Assembly (NCBI GenBank): GCA_963846575.1
Contig: CAWJWJ010000001.1
Span: forward strand, 1,244,530-1,308,529
Length of the DNA stretch: 64,000 nt
DNA from: an uncultured Nitrospiraceae bacterium
GTDB lineage: Bacteria > Nitrospirota > Nitrospiria > Nitrospirales > Nitrospiraceae
Direction of reading: 5' to 3'
Shown: positions 9,546 through 18,059 of the stretch, piece after piece
How the letters are laid out: each line of letters starts with the position of its first letter
Numbering within the stretch: position 1 is the first letter of the stretch
Made by a program: the position numbers and the translations under genes
Notes under the pieces: generated by a model
The model's input: the letters and a program-made list of their open reading frames with translations, nothing else
What the model was told of the DNA's origin: nothing
Databases searched by the model: none

Positions 9546-10533
9546 AACCGCGCTCCTGCTCATCGGAGCGCTGACTCTCTCCCTCCTTGTCTGGCACATC
9601 GGCATTGCCCGGATCTATGAGGCCGTGACCCAGTTGGGTCCTGCCGCGATAGGGGCGATTCTTCTGCCTTCCCTGCTCATGTACCTGCTCGAGGCCTATG
9701 GCTGGCGTGTGACGCTCGGCCGGTGGGCGGAGGAGGTGCCGTTCTGGCGGGTGTTGGCGATTCGCACGGCAGGGGAAGTGGTGAATATGACCACGCCCAC
9801 CGCCTATGTGGGCGGCGAACCGCTCAAGGCCTACCTACTCAAACGCCAGGGCGTCCCGCTAGTTGAGGGGTTGGCGTCGGTGGTGACGGCCAAAACCACG
9901 ATGACTATCGCCCAGATCCTCTTCATTCTGGCGGGAATCGGGCTGGGTTTCTGGCTCTTGGGCTCCGAGGGGTCAGCGGGTCAGACCATCACGGCTGCCC
10001 TGGTCAGCGCCGGATTGCTGGTATTCGGCGTAGGGGCGTTTGTCCTCGTCCAGCGCCAGGGCCTGTTTACATGGATGTTACGGGTCTTGCGCCGCGTCGG
10101 GATCCGGATTCAGTATCTGGAGTCGCGTGAACAGAAGCTGCTCGAATTGGATCGGACGATTGCTCACTTCTATGCCGGGCGACGGCAGGCGTTTCTCTTG
10201 TCCACGGGGTTGTTCCTGCTCGGCTGGCTGGCTGAGGCATTAGAGGTGTTTGTGATGGTACTGTGCCTCGGGCAACCCATCAGCGTCCTGTCCGCCGTGG
10301 CTATCGGCGCGCTCTCGGTGTTTATCAAGGGCGGCACCTTTTTTATCCCCGGTAGCCTGGGGGCACAGGATGCGGGCAATTTATTGTTGCTGACGGCCTT
10401 TGGATACGGGGAAGTCACAGGCATCATGTTCGCGCTTTTGCGGCGTTTTCGAGAATTCGTGTGGATCCTCCTCGGACTTGCCTGTCTGGCCGTGATGACC
10501 AAAGGTGTCGATCGCTCCCTCTCCACCGAGTGA
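9538..10533 (+). CDS. Flippase-like membrane protein (lysylphosphatidylglycerol synthase TM / HpnL-like)
   Basis: Multi-TM; EAYGWR, GEVVNMTTPTAYVGGEPLKAYLL, FIPGSLGAQD, LRRFRE typical of the LPG-synthase TM family. Confidence 0.8.
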   Translation: MLKTALLLIGALTLSLLVWHIGIARIYEAVTQLGPAAIGAILLPSLLMYLLEAYGWRVTLGRWAEEVPFWRVLAIRTAGEVVNMTTPTAYVGGEPLKAYLLKRQGVPLVEGLASVVTAKTTMTIAQILFILAGIGLGFWLLGSEGSAGQTITAALVSAGLLVFGVGAFVLVQRQGLFTWMLRVLRRVGIRIQYLESREQKLLELDRTIAHFYAGRRQAFLLSTGLFLLGWLAEALEVFVMVLCLGQPISVLSAVAIGALSVFIKGGTFFIPGSLGAQDAGNLLLLTAFGYGEVTGIMFALLRRFREFVWILLGLACLAVMTKGVDRSLSTE

Positions 10534-10815
10534 CGAGCCCGGCTCCTCGCCTCGAAATTTCCCGTCGAAGTGCAGAGTGGTGCAGCCACAGCTCTGTCCG
10601 ATGTGATGAGCGATCGAGGCGAGCCGGGCGTGAACACGCGGCTGCGTCAGTACGAAGCAACCGTCCGCCTCGCCGTTGAGCCAGGTGTCGTTTCATCGCG
10701 ATATGTAGCTGAAACCTGCGCGCTACGGTAGAGTATTGCTGCAAAGCGGTTCGTCACGATTCGAACAACAGTTGACGCAAACGGGAGCGACGCAACTCTA
10801 GGAGCGGGTGAGGCC

Positions 10816-11979
10816 ATGGCACGACCGAATAATCCCCGTCCCAAAGATCAGCAGGCCGAGGAACAACAGTCCAAAGACAGGCCGGCGGAACCGCAAGGTC
10901 GACTACTCTTGCCTCCCTTCGATGATCCCGCCGAGGCTGTGAAATTCTGTCGGGCTTTAGCCGCCGCGATGGATTGCATCTCGCAGGCCGAAGATCATCG
11001 CTTACAGCCTGCACATATGTTGGCGTTGATGGCGCAGGCGGAGGAGGCCCTCCCTCCCCCGATGCTGTCGGTCGTCATTCCGGTGTTCAACGAGGCAGAG
11101 AATTTGCCGACCCTGCATGCCCGCCTCACCGACACGCTCAATCGCATGGGATACGATTACGAAATCGTGCTCGTCGACGACGGGAGCAAGGATCAGAGCC
11201 CGGAGATCTTGCGGCGGATGGAACTGGAAGATCGGCGGATCGTTGTCGTGGAGTTTGCGAGAAATTTCGGGCACCAGGTCGCCATTAGCGCCGGACTCGA
11301 GCATAGCCGGGGGCGCGTCGTGTGCATCATGGATGCTGATCTACAGGATCCTCCTGAAGTGCTGCACACCTTCCTGGCCAAGTGGCAGGAAGGGTGGGAA
11401 GTGGTCTACGCCATTCGCACCGAGCGGAAAGAATGGTGGGGCAAGAGGCTCGCCTATGCCGTCTTCTACCGGCTGCTTCAACGGGTCGCCAATATCGACA
11501 TACCATTGGATGCAGGCGATTTTTGTATCATGGATCGCCGCGTCGTAGACGAGCTGGTCGGCATGCCGGAACGTAATCGGTTCGTCAGAGGTATTCGGAG
11601 TTGGGTGGGGTTCAAACAAGTCGGCGTACCCTACGAGCGGCAGGCCCGCCACGCCGGTGTTCCCAAGTATACCTTCCGGAAGCTGCTGTATCTGGCGCTG
11701 GATGGGCTGATTTCCTTCAGTCATACCCCGCTGCGTATCATCACGATCCTGGGTTTCACGGTGTCGGTGTTGTCCTTCCTGGTTGCATCGTTCTATATCA
11801 TCAAGAAGTTCACGCTGGGAACCGGTGTGCCAGGTTTCACCACCCTCGTCGTCTCGATCTTCTTCCTCGCGGGTATTCAGTTGATGACGATCGGGGTCAT
11901 TGGCGAGTACATCGGCAGGATTTCAGACGAAGTGAAACGCCGTCCGTTGTATGTGGCACGCCGCGTCACGAGGAGATGA
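10816..11979 (+). CDS. GT2 polyprenyl-phosphate glycosyltransferase (GtrB/ArnC/YkoT-like)
   Basis: LSVVIPVFNE, VDDGSKD, RNFGHQVA, MDADLQDPP, AGDFCIMDRRVV, ERNRFVRG, two C-terminal TMs, IGEYIGRI..EVKRRPLY. Confidence 0.92.
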   Translation: MARPNNPRPKDQQAEEQQSKDRPAEPQGRLLLPPFDDPAEAVKFCRALAAAMDCISQAEDHRLQPAHMLALMAQAEEALPPPMLSVVIPVFNEAENLPTLHARLTDTLNRMGYDYEIVLVDDGSKDQSPEILRRMELEDRRIVVVEFARNFGHQVAISAGLEHSRGRVVCIMDADLQDPPEVLHTFLAKWQEGWEVVYAIRTERKEWWGKRLAYAVFYRLLQRVANIDIPLDAGDFCIMDRRVVDELVGMPERNRFVRGIRSWVGFKQVGVPYERQARHAGVPKYTFRKLLYLALDGLISFSHTPLRIITILGFTVSVLSFLVASFYIIKKFTLGTGVPGFTTLVVSIFFLAGIQLMTIGVIGEYIGRISDEVKRRPLYVARRVTRR

Positions 11980-13211
11980 CCGACATCCGTATTCTCATGT
12001 TCGATAATGAATTCCCTCCCCTCGGTGGCGGCACGGGAGTCGTCAACTATTATCTGTTGCAGGAAATGGCCCGGCGCCCGGATGTCATCGTCGACCTGGT
12101 GACGTCGTCGCGCAGCAGGACGGCGTATGAGACCGAACGGTTTGCGGATCGCATCACGATCCACAAAGTGCCGGTGGACAATCACAACATTCACCATGCG
12201 CGCAACGTCGAGCTCCTCCGCTATAGTTGGCGCGGTCTGCGGAAGGCACGGCAATTGGTGCAGCGGCATCGGTATGACGTCAGTGTTGCGTTTGCGGGCG
12301 TTCCAGCGGGTGCGATGAGTTACGTCCTGCAGCTGACTCACGGACTGCCCTATGTGCTCTCCCTCCAGGGCCCGGATGTGCCGGGTTTCGAGGCGCGCTA
12401 CAACTACCTCTATCCCGTGCTGACGCCTGTGATCAAAAGGATCTGGCGGCGGGCCGGCGCGGTCACCGCGATCAGTCGAGAGCAGGAACTCCTGGCGCAT
12501 CGGACGATGCCGGAGCTGCCGCTGGTGACGATTCCCAACGGCGTCGATACCGGACTGTTCGCGCCCCGCTCCGATGACGTAAAGCGGCCGTTCACCGTCG
12601 TCTGTGTGGCGCGTCTGATCGAGCGCAAGGGCCAGCACCATCTGTTGCGGGCCTGTGCGCAAGTGCGCGCCGGTCACCCGGAACCCATGCGACTGATCCT
12701 GGTCGGGACCGGCGATGCCGAGCCGCACTTGCGGGAATTGGCCGCTCAACTTTGTCTCAGCGAATCCGTGACTTTCACGGGGTTTCTCTCGCGAGAAGAG
12801 ATGCCTTCTGTCTACCGGGAGGCGGATGTCTTTGTCCTTCCCTCTCAACAGGAGGGGATGTCCATTGCCCTGCTGGAGGCGATGGCGTCCGGCTTGCCGG
12901 TTATCGTGACCGATACGGGAGGAACCGCCGAACTGGTGTCGCAGGGGCAGAACGGAGAGATCGTCCCTTGGGGAGATGTTCCGGCACTCACGCGAGCCCT
13001 GCAAGTTATACAACAGGCAGCAGCAGGGCTTCGTCGCCGGATGGGTGAGGAGAGCCGCCGACGGGCGATGCAGTTCGGGTGGCCGGTGCTGGCGACCCGC
13101 TACATCGAGTTGTGTGCGCAAGTGATGGCGCCTTCGGCGGCAAGCCGGCCTTGTGTCGCGTGCTCAGAGGTGGATCTGCAAGGCGACCCGCACAAGGAGC
13201 CTCGAGTATGA
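11976..13211 (+). CDS. Glycosyltransferase family 4
   Basis: EFPPLGGG, IPNGVD, ARLIERKG, FVLPSQQEGMSIALLEAMASGLPVI (EX7E); start reassigned to ATG 11976 (ATGA overlap). Confidence 0.9.
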   Translation: MTDIRILMFDNEFPPLGGGTGVVNYYLLQEMARRPDVIVDLVTSSRSRTAYETERFADRITIHKVPVDNHNIHHARNVELLRYSWRGLRKARQLVQRHRYDVSVAFAGVPAGAMSYVLQLTHGLPYVLSLQGPDVPGFEARYNYLYPVLTPVIKRIWRRAGAVTAISREQELLAHRTMPELPLVTIPNGVDTGLFAPRSDDVKRPFTVVCVARLIERKGQHHLLRACAQVRAGHPEPMRLILVGTGDAEPHLRELAAQLCLSESVTFTGFLSREEMPSVYREADVFVLPSQQEGMSIALLEAMASGLPVIVTDTGGTAELVSQGQNGEIVPWGDVPALTRALQVIQQAAAGLRRRMGEESRRRAMQFGWPVLATRYIELCAQVMAPSAASRPCVACSEVDLQGDPHKEPRV

Positions 13212-14335
13212 GGACGCGGCCGCAGGTCTGTATTGTAACCAGTCAGTATTTCGATTGGGGCATTTACGGCGGGTTCGGAAGCATGTCCCGAAAGCTCGCG
13301 GAAAGTCTTGCCGCCTCCGGCTTTCGTGTCAGCGTCATCGTGCCGGGGCGTCAGGGCCAGAAGCCCATCGAGACGATCGGGGGGGTCGAGATTCAGAGCT
13401 TCTCTCCACGGAATATCCTTGAGGCCTGCCGGATCATTCGCGCCTCGCGCGCCGATATTTTTCACTCTCAGGATCCGACCGTGCTGACCTATCTGGCCCA
13501 GCGGATCCATCCTCGCCGGACGCATTTGGTCACCAGCCGCGATCCCAGGGAAATGCATGATTGGTGGATCGAATTTCTCTATGCCACGCCGATGCGGCGG
13601 ATCCTGACTCCCTTCAACTATCTCACCGAATCCGGTCTTTTCGTCAGGCAGGCCGTTCGCCGCGCCAACGGAGTCTTTTGTCCCGCGCATTTTTTGAAGG
13701 AAAAGGTGAAACGGTTGTATGGCCTGTCGCTGCTGCCGACTCTGCTGCCGAATCTCATCGATGTGCCGCCGGAGCTTCCGAAGAAGGGGCCCCGCCCCAC
13801 CATGACGTTTGTCGCGCGATGGGACAAGCGGAAGCGGCCCTGGATTTTTTTGGATCTGGCCAGACAGTTTCCGGATTACCGGTTCGTGGCGGTGGGGCAG
13901 GGCAGCGCGTCCGCGGAATCGGGCTTCGACGCGGAGTTGCGCCGGCGTTTTCGCGACGTGCCGAATCTGGAAATGCCCGGCCTGATCAACCGGTTTCGTG
14001 AGCCGGAGCGCATGCATCAGATTTTGTCCGACACGTGGGTCTTCGTCAGTACCGCGGTGCGTGAGGGCCTTCCGCTGACCTTCCTGGAGGCGGCCGCCTA
14101 TGGATGCCCCATTATCAGTCGTGTCGATCCCGACCAGTTCGCCACGAAGTTCGGCAGGCAGGTGCACGACGACGACTATGCTGCGGCCATCCGAAGTCTC
14201 CTGGCAGATGCCCCCCTCGAGAAGGGCCGCGCCGCCTATGACTATGTGCGTCAAACCTACGAAACGTCCAAGGCCCTCCAGGCGCACATCGACCAGTACG
14301 AGAGACACATCCAGCAATCGGGGCACGCGGCATGA
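13208..14335 (+). CDS. Glycosyltransferase family 4
   Basis: YGGFG, ARWDKRKRP, REGLPLTFLEAAAYGCPII (EX7E); start ATG 13208 overlaps the upstream stop. Confidence 0.87.
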   Translation: MRTRPQVCIVTSQYFDWGIYGGFGSMSRKLAESLAASGFRVSVIVPGRQGQKPIETIGGVEIQSFSPRNILEACRIIRASRADIFHSQDPTVLTYLAQRIHPRRTHLVTSRDPREMHDWWIEFLYATPMRRILTPFNYLTESGLFVRQAVRRANGVFCPAHFLKEKVKRLYGLSLLPTLLPNLIDVPPELPKKGPRPTMTFVARWDKRKRPWIFLDLARQFPDYRFVAVGQGSASAESGFDAELRRRFRDVPNLEMPGLINRFREPERMHQILSDTWVFVSTAVREGLPLTFLEAAAYGCPIISRVDPDQFATKFGRQVHDDDYAAAIRSLLADAPLEKGRAAYDYVRQTYETSKALQAHIDQYERHIQQSGHAA

Positions 14336-15576
14336 TCGGCACGAGAGAAGCCGGCGGCCCGATCCGGCTGTGCCTTACGGGGGGCTGGTTCGACAGCCCC
14401 AATGTCGGGGATAACGCGCTTCTCCTGGGAATTGTCGAATCGATCAATCAGGCCTTGCCCGCGGCGTTTACCGTCCTCACTCCCGATCCCGCCCGTGTTC
14501 AATCGCTCCATGGACTGCCGGCCATCGCGCCACGACGTCATCCCCTCAAGCTCCTTCGCCTGCTCTGCTCGGTCGACGCTCTCGTATTTACCGGAGGATC
14601 GCCATTTTTTGATCATGCCGGGCATATGCTGTATTGCGCCGCGCTTGCGGCGGTGGTGCGTCTGAGCGGCGGCAAGGTCATCGTCTGGGGCATATGGCTC
14701 AGGCCTCTCACGAACCCGTTTTGCCGTATGCTGGTTCGCTTTGTGTGCCGTCAGGCCGCCTACCTCAGCGGCCGTGACCAGGAGACCGTGCGAGGGATAT
14801 CGCAGTTGATCAAAGAGATTGCCCCGGTGGCCTTTGTTCCAGACCCGGCCACGCGGCTGACGCCCGTGGGGAGCGACGAGGCGCGGGCTCTGCTGGCGGA
14901 ACAGGGTGTCCGACCTGCTCAGAAATCGATTGCGATCTGCCTGCGGGATTTTCGTGCGAACCGGCAGTTCGGCATCCATCACTATGATCGCCAGTTTTCA
15001 CCCCCGGAGGTGGAGAATTATCTGAAGGCCATGGTGCAGCTGGTGACGACACTGTTGGAGCAGACCGACTATACGGTGCTGTTTCTTCCCATGCATACCG
15101 TGCAGCCGGACGACGATCGCATTCCGGCGAACATGGTGACAGAGCGATTGGGAACCGCAGCCGATCCAAAGCGGGTGAAAGTGGTGATGCGACAATTTCA
15201 ACCACGAGAAATGAAAGCGATCCTGGGTTTGATGGACCTGGTGGTGGGGATGCGCTTCCATTCACTCCTGCTGGCCTCCTCGATGGGGACCCCTGTCGTG
15301 AGCATCTCCCATGCCTCAAAGAACGAGAGCATCATGGACCTGATCGGACAACGGGAACACCTGGTCAGGGTTCAGGATATGTCAGGTGACTGGCTGAGCC
15401 GGCATGCCCTTGACGTGTTGTCCCACCAGGATGTCATTCGCGCCGGTCTCACCACCCGGTATGCGGCGTTGGCCACCGTCTATGAAGTCGAACTGACCCG
15501 GCTGCTCGGACTTTTTGACGGAGCCGGCAGCCATCCACTCAAGGAACGGCAATGGCATGCCTCCGCCGGGGAATGA
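14332..15576 (+). CDS. Polysaccharide pyruvyl transferase family protein (CsaB/WcaK-like)
   Basis: NVGDNALL, FTGGS, GRDQET, VPDPA, VGMRFHSLLLA. Confidence 0.88.
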   Translation: MIGTREAGGPIRLCLTGGWFDSPNVGDNALLLGIVESINQALPAAFTVLTPDPARVQSLHGLPAIAPRRHPLKLLRLLCSVDALVFTGGSPFFDHAGHMLYCAALAAVVRLSGGKVIVWGIWLRPLTNPFCRMLVRFVCRQAAYLSGRDQETVRGISQLIKEIAPVAFVPDPATRLTPVGSDEARALLAEQGVRPAQKSIAICLRDFRANRQFGIHHYDRQFSPPEVENYLKAMVQLVTTLLEQTDYTVLFLPMHTVQPDDDRIPANMVTERLGTAADPKRVKVVMRQFQPREMKAILGLMDLVVGMRFHSLLLASSMGTPVVSISHASKNESIMDLIGQREHLVRVQDMSGDWLSRHALDVLSHQDVIRAGLTTRYAALATVYEVELTRLLGLFDGAGSHPLKERQWHASAGE

Positions 15577-15597
15577 TCCTCACGGGCAGCCTCAATC

Positions 15598-17133
15598 ATG
15601 TCTGTAAAAAACATTACTAAAGGCATCGTTTCAATCGGGATGTGGTCCATCACGAAATTGATCGTGACCGGATTGGTGGTACCGATTTACTCCCGGGTAC
15701 TCGGGATCGATGGCTACGGGCAGTACGCCTACTATGTCGCGCTGCTGTTGATCGCATCCCATCCGGCCGGTTTCGGTATGCGGCACATGCTGACCAAGTA
15801 TATTGCCGAACGTCGGACCGACCCGGCATGGCAGCGACAGTTGGCCGGATTCGCGGCGTGGGTCATGGCAGGAAGCGGCCTACTGGTGGGAGCGAGCCTG
15901 TTCGTCCTCCTGACGAGCCTGTCCGGAGTCGGGGGTCAGGCGCTCGGAGCCGCGCTCGTCGTGGTGGGTATTCTCTGGTGCGAACAAGTCCATCAATATG
16001 CCAGCGGCATTTTGTACGGGTTGCATCGTGAAGAAGATGCCACCATCCCAGCCGCGTTGGGAATCGTGATCGGGGGAGGAATAGGTGCGGTCCTGACGGC
16101 CGCCGGCTTCGGCGTGATGGGGGCTTTGAGCGGGTTGCTGGCTGCGGGGGCGCTAGTGGCGGGCGTCACGCTTCGGCAGGCACGGCGGGCGATCGGCCCA
16201 CCGGACGCCGTCGTCGGAATGCCTCTCCCTCGCCGCGAATTGCTAACTTTCGGGTTCTCTACGATGGCCTACGCAGGAGTGGCGATGACGCTGTATTCCG
16301 TCGATGTTGTTCTGGTCCGGTATTTAGCCGGCGACCAGCAGACCGGGCTCTATGCCGCGGCCGTTCAATGGTCGGAGTTTGTGTGGTTCGTTCCCATTGC
16401 GATCGAGGGAGTCATGCTGCAGTCCACCGCCGGCTTGTGGGCGCAGGGAAAGGTCGAGGAGATTTCGCGATTGGTGAGCCGGCTGATGCGGTACGTCGCC
16501 GTAATGACCGCCTTTTTCCTGATCTATGTGCTCGTCTTTTCCGACCACTTAGTCACCTTTTATTTTGGCCCCCAATTCCAGGACGCCGCACTGCCCTTGC
16601 AGTTGCTGATACCGGGAGCCTTTGCGTTTTCGCTCGCCCGGGTGATCCGGCCCGTTATCCAGGCGCATGGCTTGGTCACGACGCTCCTCAAGGTGGTCTC
16701 GGCCGCCACGGTAATCAATATTGCCTTGAATGTGGCGCTTGTCCCGCGATGGGGGGCAGCGGGAGCCTCTGTGGCGACGTCCCTGTCCTTCATCTGCGTG
16801 GCGCTGCTGTATGTGCGGTTGCTGCAGAGGGAAGGGGCGCGTTCCTTTCAGGGGTTCGCCGCAGGACGTCTCCTTCTGCTCTGCGCGGGTACCGCGGCGG
16901 TTCTGGTGCCCATTGCCCTGACGATATCCACGCCGCTCTTCGCTATCACGCTCGGGGGCCTTACGGCCATGGGAGTGTATTGGTGCGGGGTCTTCTGGTT
17001 GGGCCTCATCCGGGTTCGGGAACTCGAACAGATCGTGGACAGCATGCCGGGACCGCTGCGGCAGACCGGAATAAAAACTATGCGCCTGCTCCAGCCGATG
17101 CTGGTCCGCCTGGATTCGATCGCGATCGGGTAA
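15598..17133 (+). CDS. Oligosaccharide flippase (Wzx/MOP superfamily)
   Basis: About 14 hydrophobic segments; RVLGIDGYGQY, VDVVLV...GLYAAA, LVPRWGAAGASVAT. Confidence 0.88.
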   Translation: MSVKNITKGIVSIGMWSITKLIVTGLVVPIYSRVLGIDGYGQYAYYVALLLIASHPAGFGMRHMLTKYIAERRTDPAWQRQLAGFAAWVMAGSGLLVGASLFVLLTSLSGVGGQALGAALVVVGILWCEQVHQYASGILYGLHREEDATIPAALGIVIGGGIGAVLTAAGFGVMGALSGLLAAGALVAGVTLRQARRAIGPPDAVVGMPLPRRELLTFGFSTMAYAGVAMTLYSVDVVLVRYLAGDQQTGLYAAAVQWSEFVWFVPIAIEGVMLQSTAGLWAQGKVEEISRLVSRLMRYVAVMTAFFLIYVLVFSDHLVTFYFGPQFQDAALPLQLLIPGAFAFSLARVIRPVIQAHGLVTTLLKVVSAATVINIALNVALVPRWGAAGASVATSLSFICVALLYVRLLQREGARSFQGFAAGRLLLLCAGTAAVLVPIALTISTPLFAITLGGLTAMGVYWCGVFWLGLIRVRELEQIVDSMPGPLRQTGIKTMRLLQPMLVRLDSIAIG

Positions 17134-17148
17134 TCGCCCAGGATATCG

Positions 17149-18042
17149 ATGGCCAAGGATCGTCACAGCATCTCCGTCGTCATTCCCACCGTTGGCCGGG
17201 AGAGCCTGGCGTTGTGCCAGGCAGCCTTGTCCAGGCAGACCAGGCAGCCCGACGAGGTGGTGGTCGTCATCGACCGAGACCGGCGAGGGGTGGCATGGGC
17301 CAGAAATGAAGGGATTGCACGAGCCAAGGGCGATCTGGTGGCGTTTGCCGATGATGACGGCATTCCTCCACCGAACTGGATCGAACGGTTGGCAGCGGCA
17401 CTCGATCGGCATGACGCCGCCGCCGCGGGAGGCACGTTTCAAGAGACCGATCCGCTCCTGGACGCAATTCGCCGCCGCCGTCCGCTGCCGGAATGCGAAC
17501 AGATCGATCAGGGAGGATTGGTCGGCAACGGCGGTAATCTCCTGATCAGGCGGGAATGGTTGGATCGCTGTATTCGAGAAGACGGACATGCCTTCAATCC
17601 TCTTTTTAAGGGCTCAGGCGAAGATTGGGAGTTGATCTGGCGATTGAGAAAAATCGGAGCCGTCATGGTATATGTGCCAATCCCGGTCACGCATTTGCGC
17701 CGGGCGACGGTGAGTCAACATCTACGGCACTCGTTCCAGCGGGGGAGTGGGATCGCCAAGCTGTTTCGAATATTGAATACGGATGGAAGCGAGTTGGTGC
17801 CTCAGGATAGTCTCTTATGGGGACAAGGCGGGCGGAAAACCCGTCCACAATGGTTCAGAGCCTTGTGGGAAAAATCGATTGGACCGTTTGAATGGAAGCG
17901 ATTTCGACAGAAGCGACATTTTTTGGTGTTTTGGCTTGGCGAGAAAGCCCAGGCCGCCGGGTTTGTCTGGGAGCTGATAAGAGGGGTGCTGGGCTCTGGC
18001 GGTGAAAATTCCGGGGCCGCTCGGGACCGGCCCGGCCGCTGA
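17149..18042 (+). CDS. Glycosyltransferase family 2
   Basis: ISVVIPTVGR, ARNEGIARAKGDLVAFADDD, GEDWELIWRL. Confidence 0.85.
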   Translation: MAKDRHSISVVIPTVGRESLALCQAALSRQTRQPDEVVVVIDRDRRGVAWARNEGIARAKGDLVAFADDDGIPPPNWIERLAAALDRHDAAAAGGTFQETDPLLDAIRRRRPLPECEQIDQGGLVGNGGNLLIRREWLDRCIREDGHAFNPLFKGSGEDWELIWRLRKIGAVMVYVPIPVTHLRRATVSQHLRHSFQRGSGIAKLFRILNTDGSELVPQDSLLWGQGGRKTRPQWFRALWEKSIGPFEWKRFRQKRHFLVFWLGEKAQAAGFVWELIRGVLGSGGENSGAARDRPGR

Positions 18043-18059
18043 CGAGGGACGCGCGAACG

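Noticed and set aside
11601..11975. N-terminal extensions of the GT4 ORFs (also 13079-13207) and of PilR (56263-56616)
   Set aside because: They overlap upstream genes out of frame; coupled downstream starts fit better
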